From the NCBI GenBank assembly GCA_963703345.1, contig OY969814.1:1152001-1216000 (forward strand): a DNA stretch of 64,000 bases, given 5' to 3'. Below the pieces are notes generated by a model that was not told the DNA's origin, did no database searches, and saw only the letters and a program-made list of their open reading frames with translations. A program made the position numbers and the translations under genes. This document shows positions 45,282 to 53,207 of this stretch, one piece after another (positions within the stretch are counted from its first letter, which is position 1; each line of letters begins with the position of its first letter). The stretch comes from an uncultured Chloroflexia bacterium (GTDB taxonomy: Bacteria; Chloroflexota; Dehalococcoidia; DSTF01; JALHUB01).

Positions 45282-47363
45282 CTACTGCAGCCAGCGCCTT
45301 CTCGCATACCAGCCGCCAGCACCCAGCAGCAGGGTGCCTGCGGCGATGAGTCCGGCGAGGCCGAGGGCGCTTGTTGTCCAATTGCGATGGTTCGATGCAG
45401 GATCGCGCTCAAGCTGCGGGTACTCTGCTATGCCACCCACACCCGCGGAGCCAACTGGCGTATATTCCCCAACAGCCCCAACATAGGAATCCGGGGATAC
45501 CCCATCGTGTCCCCCGATGACATATATCCTTCCGGCGACGGCATTGGCGGTGTGCCCCTGCCGCTGTCTCGGCATGGGGTTTCTGACGCTCCAAGAGTCG
45601 GCCGCCGGATCGTACTCTTCCGCTGTCGTGAAGTGGACTCCCTGGTTGCCTAGGCCGCCGATGGCGTAGATTCTGCCGTTGACAGTTGCCGCTGCGAGCG
45701 CCCAACGGGCCGTCGGCATCGAGGCGCTTGTAAGCCAAGTGTCGGTAGCTGGATCGTATCGCTCGACCGTTGCGAGAGCCCCAGTTCCGTCGTAGTAACA
45801 GCTCACCGAACATCCTCCAACAACGTAGATCACGTTTCCTACGACGGCTGCCGCAGCATTCCTTCGCGCCGTTGGCATTGGGGACTTGGTTGTCCAGGTA
45901 TTCGTTGCGGGATCGAATTCCTCAACCGTAGCAAGGTCGGACCCACCGCTCTCACCTCCGAACACATAGACCTTGCCGTTTACCGCAGCTGCTGCATGGT
46001 TCATCCGCGGCGTATGCATGTCAGCTTTGGATGTCCAGCTATCAGTGGAGGGATCGTACTCTTGGACGGTTCCGACTTGGGTGCCGTTGTTTCCGCCGAT
46101 TGCGTAGATTCTGTTGTCCACCGCGGCGGCCGCGAGGTTACTGCGGGCGGCAGGCATGGCTGACTTTGGAATCCAGGTATCCGAGGCAGGGTCGTATTCC
46201 TCAACCGACGCAAGTCGAATGTACCCGCCCCCACTCCAACCCCAACCGCCGATAGCGTAGATTCTGTTGTTCACAACAGCGCTCGCATGATCGTTCCGAG
46301 CCATCGACATGGAAGCTCGTTCAACCCAGGTGCCGCCAAGGGGTGGGTACTCCTGGATCACGGATACCGTGTCATCCCTGTTGTTCGCCACGTAGATGCG
46401 GTTCGTGAAGGGGTTGACGGCTACGCCATAGGGAAAATTCCCGACCGCTACGGTGGCGACCACGGTGTTGCTGGCGTTGTCGATGACGGAGACGACGTTG
46501 CTGCTTTCGTGGTGCGTCACGTAGATGCGGCTGGTAGTGGGGTTGACGGCCACGCCGTAGGGATACCACCCGTCCGCTACGGTGGCGACCACCGTGTTGC
46601 TGGCGCCGTCGATGACGGAGACGTTGAAGCTGTGGGAGTTCGCCACGTAGATGAGGTTCGTGCTGGGGTTCACGGCCACGCCCTCGGGGTCAATCCCGAC
46701 CAGGACGTCATCGACGTCACTGTTGCTGGTGCCGTCGATGACGAAGACGTAGTCGCTCCAGGCGCTCGTCACGTAGATGCGGTTGGTAGTCGGATTGACT
46801 GCGACGCCAGAGGGCAGACTCCCGACCATTACGGTGGCGACGACCAAGTTGCTGGCACCGTCGATGACGGAGACGGTGTGGCTGGGATAGTTAGAGTTCG
46901 CCACGTAGATGAGGTTGGTGTTCGGGTTGACGGCTATGCCAGGAAAGGGGGCCCATCCGGCCACTGCGGTGGCGACGACCGTGTTGCTGGCCCCATCGAT
47001 GACGGAGACGTTCCAGCTGTCGTTGTTCGCCACGTATATGCGATTCGTGTTGGGGTTGACGGCCACCTCACAGGGGCCACTCCCGACCGGTACGGTGGCA
47101 ATGACCGTGTTGTCGGCGCCGTCGATGACGGAGACGTTGCCGCTGTCGTTGTTCGCCACGTATATGCGGTTCGTGTTGGGGTTGACGGCCACGCCACAGG
47201 GGCCGCTCGCCACCGCAACGGTAGCAACGACGGCAGGGTCAGCGTCGGCAGCGCGTGAGACGGATGGTGGCCCTCGCAGGGCAAGAACACTCGCCAGTGA
47301 CAGGAAGACCAACGTTCCCGCCAGTAGCACGAGGACCAGCCGCAAGGCGTTCGGAGCGCGCAT
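45282..47363 (-). CDS. Secreted double beta-propeller protein (7 YVTN/YncE + 6 Kelch repeats) with C-terminal TM anchor
   Basis: Signal peptide; 7x VAVNPxTNRIYV..VSVID; 6x RIYxxGG..EEYDP..W; tail VGGIAEYP..TM..WYARRR. Confidence 0.88.
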   Translation of the reverse strand: MRAPNALRLVLVLLAGTLVFLSLASVLALRGPPSVSRAADADPAVVATVAVASGPCGVAVNPNTNRIYVANNDSGNVSVIDGADNTVIATVPVGSGPCEVAVNPNTNRIYVANNDSWNVSVIDGASNTVVATAVAGWAPFPGIAVNPNTNLIYVANSNYPSHTVSVIDGASNLVVATVMVGSLPSGVAVNPTTNRIYVTSAWSDYVFVIDGTSNSDVDDVLVGIDPEGVAVNPSTNLIYVANSHSFNVSVIDGASNTVVATVADGWYPYGVAVNPTTSRIYVTHHESSNVVSVIDNASNTVVATVAVGNFPYGVAVNPFTNRIYVANNRDDTVSVIQEYPPLGGTWVERASMSMARNDHASAVVNNRIYAIGGWGWSGGGYIRLASVEEYDPASDTWIPKSAMPAARSNLAAAAVDNRIYAIGGNNGTQVGTVQEYDPSTDSWTSKADMHTPRMNHAAAAVNGKVYVFGGESGGSDLATVEEFDPATNTWTTKSPMPTARRNAAAAVVGNVIYVVGGCSVSCYYDGTGALATVERYDPATDTWLTSASMPTARWALAAATVNGRIYAIGGLGNQGVHFTTAEEYDPAADSWSVRNPMPRQRQGHTANAVAGRIYVIGGHDGVSPDSYVGAVGEYTPVGSAGVGGIAEYPQLERDPASNHRNWTTSALGLAGLIAAGTLLLGAGGWYARRRWLQ

Positions 47364-47525
47364 CGCACGACCTCTTTCGTGAGCGGGGGTCAATCAGCGG
47401 GGATAATCAGCAGCGAGCTGTCAACGATGTGATTGTAGCACTGGGCGGGCGCTTGTCAACTGCGTTGACTAATCGAACGGTTTCGGCGCATTCTGCCAGC
47501 ACACACGCCCGGAAGGGAGGGCGCC

Positions 47526-48359
47526 ATGACGGGCACGATCGACGTTTGGATGCAGCACCCGACGGCGCGGTTCATCCAGCATGACATGTTCGACTCGCTC
47601 CGCCGCTGGACCCGGGCCCAGCCGACGCAGGCGATGGAGCCTTCCGGCGAAGAGATCCCTCTCAGCTTAAGCATCGCCGCTATGGACGCCGCCGGCGTGG
47701 AGCGCGGTCTGATCGCGGCCTGGTACGGGCCGGAGGGCGCGCTGATCTCGAACGACGAGGTCGCGGCCTTCGTCGCCCAGTATCCGGAGCGGCTGGTCGG
47801 CGTCGCCTCCGTCGATCTGCGACGCCCCATGGCCGCCGTGCGTGAGCTGCGGCGCGCCGTGCGGGAGCTCGGCATGCGGGCGCTGCGCATCGTCCCGTGG
47901 CTGTGGGGTCTTCCGCCCAACGACCGGCGCTATTATCCGCTCTACGCCGAGTGCGTCGAGCTTGGCATACCCTTCTGCACGCAGGTCGGCCACACCGGTC
48001 CGCTCCGCACGTCGGAGACAGGAAGGCCGATCCCCTACCTCGACGACGTCGCTCTCGAATTCCCCGGCCTGGTCATCGTCGGCGGGCACATCGGCTATCC
48101 CTGGACCGACGAGATGATCGCGCTGGCCACGAAGTACCCGAACGTCTACATCGACACTTCGGCCTATACCGCGCGACGCTACCCGCCTGAGTTCGTGGCG
48201 TACATGCGGGCGAACGGCCGGAGCAAGGTGATGTTCGCCACGAACTACCCGATGATCACGGCGTCGCGGGCGCTCGAAGGGCTGGACGAGTTGGGACTGG
48301 ACGAGGAAGCGAAGGAGCTGTTCCTGTCGGGGAATGCGACGCGAGTGTTCCGCCTCTAG
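47526..48359 (+). CDS. Amidohydrolase family protein
   Basis: IDVW, YYPLYAEC, GGHIGYPW, NVYIDTSA, MFATNYP. Confidence 0.88.
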   Translation: MTGTIDVWMQHPTARFIQHDMFDSLRRWTRAQPTQAMEPSGEEIPLSLSIAAMDAAGVERGLIAAWYGPEGALISNDEVAAFVAQYPERLVGVASVDLRRPMAAVRELRRAVRELGMRALRIVPWLWGLPPNDRRYYPLYAECVELGIPFCTQVGHTGPLRTSETGRPIPYLDDVALEFPGLVIVGGHIGYPWTDEMIALATKYPNVYIDTSAYTARRYPPEFVAYMRANGRSKVMFATNYPMITASRALEGLDELGLDEEAKELFLSGNATRVFRL

Positions 48360-48371
48360 CGGCAGTATCCG

Positions 48372-48650
48372 CTATTCGCGGCCTCCGGTGTCGTGCTTTT
48401 GTTTCGCTTCGAGCACCGCATAGTCAATGTGTCGTTGTACGCGTTTCATAAACCAACGCGCTAGCTTCATCCCCACCACGCTCTCAAGCGTCACTATGAC
48501 GAAGACAAACACCACCAGCAGTAGCGGGAACTCCTTAACCACCCAAACGAACATGAACACCATTATGCCCAACACCGGCAACATGAGGGCCAGGTGGGTA
48601 GCAAATCCCATAAGGGCCAGGCGGTTTAACTCCTTCTGCGTATCGGCCAC
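48372..48650 (-). CDS. Small hypothetical membrane protein
   Basis: Two hydrophobic helices; AAGGGAG SD; lower GC. Confidence 0.55.
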   Translation of the reverse strand: MADTQKELNRLALMGFATHLALMLPVLGIMVFMFVWVVKEFPLLLVVFVFVIVTLESVVGMKLARWFMKRVQRHIDYAVLEAKQKHDTGGRE

Positions 48651-48855
48651 TATTCGCTACCGCTCCCTTCGGCATCCGTAAGTATAGCGCCACGTAGATG
48701 CATGTCAACGACTGCGATCCTTGGATGGTTTCAGGCGATCCTGTGGGAGTGGAACCAGCGAAGCCTCGACACCCTGAACGGCCGCCGCTAGAATAAGGCA
48801 GGCCTCCCGCCGAACCGTAGCGCGGAGAGGCACGCCGCCGCAAGGAGGTTGCTCC

Positions 48856-49848
48856 GTGCCAACAGCGCTCATCACCGGCATCACCGGCCAGGACGGCTAC
48901 TATCTCGCCGAGCACCTGCTCTCCCAGGGCTATCAGGTCTACGGCCTCATCCGCGGCCAGAACAACCCGAAGCGCCTCGTCGTCGAAGCCACGCTGCCCG
49001 ACGTTGAGATCGAGCTGGGCGACCTGCTGGACGAGACGTCGCTGATCAGCGCCGTCCAGAAGGTGCAGCCGGACGAGATCTACAACCTGGCGGCAATCAG
49101 CTTCGTGCCGCTCTCCTGGAACCAGCCTGAGCTTACCGGCGAGATAACTGGCCTCGGCGTCTTGCGCATGCTGGAAGCGATCCGCATCGTCACCGGCGCC
49201 AGCCCTTCGCGTACGGGGAGCGCCGGTGGCATCAGGTTCTACCAGGCGTCGAGCAGCGAGATGTTCGGGCGCGTTGCCCAGACGCCCCAGAACGAGGAGA
49301 CTGCCTTCCGGCCGCGCAGCCCCTACGGCGTCGCGAAGGTCTACGGCCACTACATAACCGTCAACTATCGCGAGAGCTACGGCATCTTCGCTTGCAGCGG
49401 CATCCTCTTCAACCACGAATCGCCACGACGCGGGCCGGAGTTCGTGACGCGGAAGATCACGCAGGCGGCGGTCCGCATCAAGCTGGGCAAGCAGCAGGAG
49501 CTGCTTCTCGGCAACCTCGACGCCGAGCGCGACTGGGGCTACGCCGGCGACTACGTCCGCGCGATGCACATGATGCTGCAGGCGCCGGAAGCCGACGACT
49601 ACGTCATCGGCAGCGGCGGGTGCCACCGGATCAGCGAGTTCGCCGAGCTGGCGTTCAAGCGCCTCGGCCTCGAGTGGCGCGACTATGTCCGCAGCGATCC
49701 GAAGTTCATCCGCCCGGCGGAAGTCAACCACCTCTGCGCCGACTCGACGAAGGCGCGGACGAAGCTGGGCTGGGAGCCCGCGGTGTCGTTCGAGGGGCTG
49801 GTGGAGATGATGGTGGAGTCGGACCTGAAGGCGGAATCTGCGTCGTAG
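48856..49848 (+). CDS. gmd: GDP-mannose 4,6-dehydratase
   Basis: ITGITGQDG, FYQASSSEMFG, PRSPYGVAK, LFNHESPRRG, RDWG. Confidence 0.95.
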   Translation: MPTALITGITGQDGYYLAEHLLSQGYQVYGLIRGQNNPKRLVVEATLPDVEIELGDLLDETSLISAVQKVQPDEIYNLAAISFVPLSWNQPELTGEITGLGVLRMLEAIRIVTGASPSRTGSAGGIRFYQASSSEMFGRVAQTPQNEETAFRPRSPYGVAKVYGHYITVNYRESYGIFACSGILFNHESPRRGPEFVTRKITQAAVRIKLGKQQELLLGNLDAERDWGYAGDYVRAMHMMLQAPEADDYVIGSGGCHRISEFAELAFKRLGLEWRDYVRSDPKFIRPAEVNHLCADSTKARTKLGWEPAVSFEGLVEMMVESDLKAESAS

Positions 49849-49885
49849 TGGCTTGCCGCCGGACTTGCCCCTGGAGCCTGCGATC

Positions 49886-50175
49886 TGCGTGAAGGGAGAA
49901 GTTCACAATTCTGCAGGTTGAGACCTGCGGAGGCTCAGAGTGCGTGAGGCAGAAATCTACAATTCTGCAGGTTGAAACCTGCAGCCTTCGCGGATGATAG
50001 GTTGGATGGGGGTCGGGCCGTTCGGCAACCCGAACGGCCCACGACACCACGTGGCTACTAGTAACGACGCGTCGTGTTACGCGGATCTTCCATGTCGCCT
50101 TCGTAACGGCAGTGTGAGGTGCGCTTGTCGCGTTCACGTTGCGCGATGCGCTCTGCGCATCGCGCCGCGGCACCA
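49886..50175 (+). repeat. Family-2 modular repeat, full unit preceded by a duplicated first module
   Basis: Two tandem ACAATTCTGCAGGTTGA(G/A)ACCTGC copies 54 bp apart, then a hairpin and ACACCACGTGGCTAC, ACGGCAGTG..GTTGCGC matching 59862-60275. Confidence 0.75.
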
Positions 50176-50332
50176 CGTCGCTCCGCTAGTATGCGCCTCG
50201 CTTGAGGCCGAGGAACGCCGCACCGGCGGCAGTGGCGCCCTCTCGCATCGGCGTTCCGCACTTTCGGCTCGGCCATCTGGGTGCCGCACTGTGGACAGAA
50301 CATCGAGATTCCCTCCCCTCGCTGGGCGTACG

Positions 50333-50908
50333 CTACGGCTGACAACCGGGCGGGTCGCCCTCGAAGACGACGACGAAATAGGTCTTCCCTTCTTGGCTGA
50401 GTGCGGCTCCCGCTCCCATCCTCGTATAGCAGCGACCGGTGATGACCGTCACGTGAGGCGGGCTGTTGCGCCACATGGAAAGCGCCATGTCAACCGTCGC
50501 ATCTGTCAACGCATTGTTCCAGGCCATCACCTCGCCGGTCCAGCCGGGCGTGATGCCGGCCCGCTCCATCAGGCAGCGCGCGGGGCAGCCGTCCGGCGGC
50601 GAATGCGAGAAGTAGTTGAGGTTCGCCATGTCCTCCGCTCGATCGCGGGCGATGGCGGCGAGCTGGGGGTCGGCGGTCAGCGGCGGTAGGCCCGCCTGGG
50701 CGCGAATCTGATTGATGCCTCGATCAATGCCGTTTTCGACCTGCGCCTGAATCGTACAGCCGCCGCAGAGAAGCATGAAGGTGAGCGCAGCCACGGCGAG
50801 CGGCAGAGAAGCGAATCGCAATGAACGGCGGCACAGGCCGACGCGGAGGGCCTGCCGTTCGATACGGGAATGTGCATCTACGAGGGTCCGCATCCGCTGC
50901 GTCTCCAC
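50333..50908 (-). CDS. CAP/SCP domain secreted protein
   Basis: INQIRAQAGLPPL, AEDMANLNYFSH, GEVMA, WRNSPPH. Confidence 0.85.
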   Translation of the reverse strand: METQRMRTLVDAHSRIERQALRVGLCRRSLRFASLPLAVAALTFMLLCGGCTIQAQVENGIDRGINQIRAQAGLPPLTADPQLAAIARDRAEDMANLNYFSHSPPDGCPARCLMERAGITPGWTGEVMAWNNALTDATVDMALSMWRNSPPHVTVITGRCYTRMGAGAALSQEGKTYFVVVFEGDPPGCQP

Positions 50909-51046
50909 TCCACGTCTTCAGGCATTCTACCCGCGACCCGCGCATCCGGTAACCACCTGCGGCGGAGCCCTCGTCGCGCCTCGTAGGGGCCAAATGCACT
51001 ATACTGAGGCGCGACCGATAACGCGACGAATCAGAAGGAGACAACA

Positions 51047-51844
51047 ATGGAATTCGAGCAGCTCGCTGTCCGCAGGGAGAACAAGGTCGCCGTCTGCGCT
51101 ATTCGCAATCCGCCGCGCAACCTAATGAACAGCCGCACGGTGCGAGAGCTCGAAGCCCTTATACAGGAACTAGAGGCCGACGACTCGGTGCGCGCCGTCG
51201 TCTTCACCGGCGGCCTCGATGGCATCTTCATCACCCACTACGACGTCTCTGAGCTGTCAGCGATTCCCGGCAGGGAGATGCCCGCGGAGCCGCTCAGGGT
51301 CCCGGAAATGCCGTTTCATCGCCTGCTGCTACGCCTGCAGAGGCTGCCGAAGCCGGTCATAGCCGCCATCAACGGGCAGTGCGGAGGCGGCGGCTGCGAG
51401 TTCGCTCTCGCCTGCGACCTGCGCATCATGGCCATCGGCGACTTCGGCATCGGGCAGCCGGAGGTCAACGTGGGCATAATACCCGGAGGCGGTGGCACGC
51501 AGCGGCTGCCCCGCGCAGTCGGCCAGGCGAAGGCGCTGGAGATGATGCTGCTGGGCAAAGTCGTCGGCGCCGAGGAGGCGGAGCGAATCGGTCTCGTCCA
51601 CAAGGCGGTGCCCGCCGCCGACTTCATGCCGGCCGTTATGGCGCTGGCTCAGAGGCTAGCTCAAGGCGCGCCCATCGCGCAGGGGTTGATCAAGCGCTGC
51701 GTCTACGAAGGGCGCGACGTGCCGCTGGAAGACGGCCTCCATATCGAATGGGAAGCTTTCATGCAAGTGCTCCGCAGCGAAGACGCTCGCGGGGCGATGA
51801 AGGCCTATCTCAAGGGAGAGCCGTACGAGTTCAAGGGGTGCTGA
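51047..51844 (+). CDS. Enoyl-CoA hydratase/isomerase family protein
   Basis: IAAINGQCGGGGCEFALACD, GQPEVNVGIIPGGGGTQRL. Confidence 0.93.
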   Translation: MEFEQLAVRRENKVAVCAIRNPPRNLMNSRTVRELEALIQELEADDSVRAVVFTGGLDGIFITHYDVSELSAIPGREMPAEPLRVPEMPFHRLLLRLQRLPKPVIAAINGQCGGGGCEFALACDLRIMAIGDFGIGQPEVNVGIIPGGGGTQRLPRAVGQAKALEMMLLGKVVGAEEAERIGLVHKAVPAADFMPAVMALAQRLAQGAPIAQGLIKRCVYEGRDVPLEDGLHIEWEAFMQVLRSEDARGAMKAYLKGEPYEFKGC

Positions 51845-51938
51845 AGTCTCTTCGCTTCTCGGTCTGTCCTATCACCTTCCGTACTCGTCGCTGCCCCGTG
51901 TATATTGGCTGTGACTACGAAGCTGGAGGAGCCATCGG

Positions 51939-53168
51939 ATGAAGCTGAAAGTGCCAAAACTAATCTGGGACGGCGGCGGCGAGCGCGAGCTGGAGTTTCC
52001 TGAAGAATGGGACGTCCATTTCTGCCCGTCGCGCGGCTGGGATCGGCCGGCCTTGAACGACAAGGCGATGCGCAAAGCCTTCGCCAACCCCATCGGCGCA
52101 CCCCGAATTCGCGACCTCGCCCGCGGGAAGAAGGAGGTCGTGATCATCTTCGACGACATCACGCGACCGACGCCGGTCCACCAGATTGCGCCCTACGTCC
52201 TCGAAGAGTTGCGCAAAGCGGGAATCGCCGACGATCAGGTGCGCTTTGTCATAGCCTCCGGCACGCACGGCGCCCATGACAACAGCGCGCTGCGCGCCAA
52301 GCTGGGCCAGGAGATACTGGAGCGCTATCTCGTCTTCCAGCACAACCCTTACGAGAACTGCGTCTCGGTGGGCGCCACGCGGCTGGGCCGCGTCATCGCC
52401 GTCAACCGGGAGGTCATGTCTTGCGATCTCAAGATCGGCATCGGCTGCATCCTGCCCCATCCCCAGGCGGGCTTCGGCGGCGGCGGCAAGCTCATTCTGC
52501 CCGGCGTTGCCCATATCGACAGTGTCGACCGCTTCCACCGCGCGGCGACGGACAGCGCACCGGGCACTGTCGGCATGGGCATCTGGGACGAGAACCCGAT
52601 GCGGCGTGAGACGGAGGAGGCAGCGCGACTCGCCGGGCTCGACATGACGGTCGACGCGATCTTCAACGGCCGCTGCGAGGTGACGGACCTGCTGGTCGGC
52701 GACCCCGTGCTGGCGCACCACGAGGGCGTGCGTCTGGCGAAGGAGGTATACGCGACGGAGCTTGTCCGCGACGCCGATGTTGTTGTCAGCAACGCCCACG
52801 CCAAGCCGAACGAGGCGATGATCGCGCTGGCGATTGCACTTGGTTCCATCAACCGGTCCGCCGGCGACATCGTCCTCATCGTGGACTGTCCGCGGGGGCA
52901 GATCGTGCACTATCTGTTGCGTCGCTTTGGCAAGGAGTACGGCGGCCGGCAGTACGCGACACGCGGCGGCCTTCCGCCTCAGTTCCGCGTAATCGTCCTC
53001 AACCCGCAGCCCGACCTGACCTGCACGGACCTGTTCCTCGACCCGGGCAGCGTCATTTGGGCGAAGGAATGGCGGCAGGCTCTGGCGCACCTGCGCGAAC
53101 GGTATCCCGGGAACGCGCGTGTTGCAGTCTACCCGGACGGCACCGCCCAGTACCCTGCTCCCCCTTAG
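51939..53168 (+). CDS. LarA-family nickel-pincer racemase/epimerase
   Basis: DDITRPTP, GTH, PHPQAGFGGGGKLILPG, FH motifs. Confidence 0.85.
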   Translation: MKLKVPKLIWDGGGERELEFPEEWDVHFCPSRGWDRPALNDKAMRKAFANPIGAPRIRDLARGKKEVVIIFDDITRPTPVHQIAPYVLEELRKAGIADDQVRFVIASGTHGAHDNSALRAKLGQEILERYLVFQHNPYENCVSVGATRLGRVIAVNREVMSCDLKIGIGCILPHPQAGFGGGGKLILPGVAHIDSVDRFHRAATDSAPGTVGMGIWDENPMRRETEEAARLAGLDMTVDAIFNGRCEVTDLLVGDPVLAHHEGVRLAKEVYATELVRDADVVVSNAHAKPNEAMIALAIALGSINRSAGDIVLIVDCPRGQIVHYLLRRFGKEYGGRQYATRGGLPPQFRVIVLNPQPDLTCTDLFLDPGSVIWAKEWRQALAHLRERYPGNARVAVYPDGTAQYPAPP

Positions 53169-53207
53169 CGCGGTCGAACGCCCAGGGGTAGGTGGTCTAC
53201 GGGTGGT

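Noticed and set aside
46352-47235. Diversity-generating retroelement acting on the YVTN repeats
   Set aside because: No reverse transcriptase or non-coding template repeat; differences include indels and are not adenine-specific.
49886-49984. Two palindromic direct repeats containing GTTGAAAC, resembling a mini-CRISPR
   Set aside because: Only two copies, the intervening sequence is itself partly repeated, there are no cas genes, and the motif belongs to dispersed repeat family 2.
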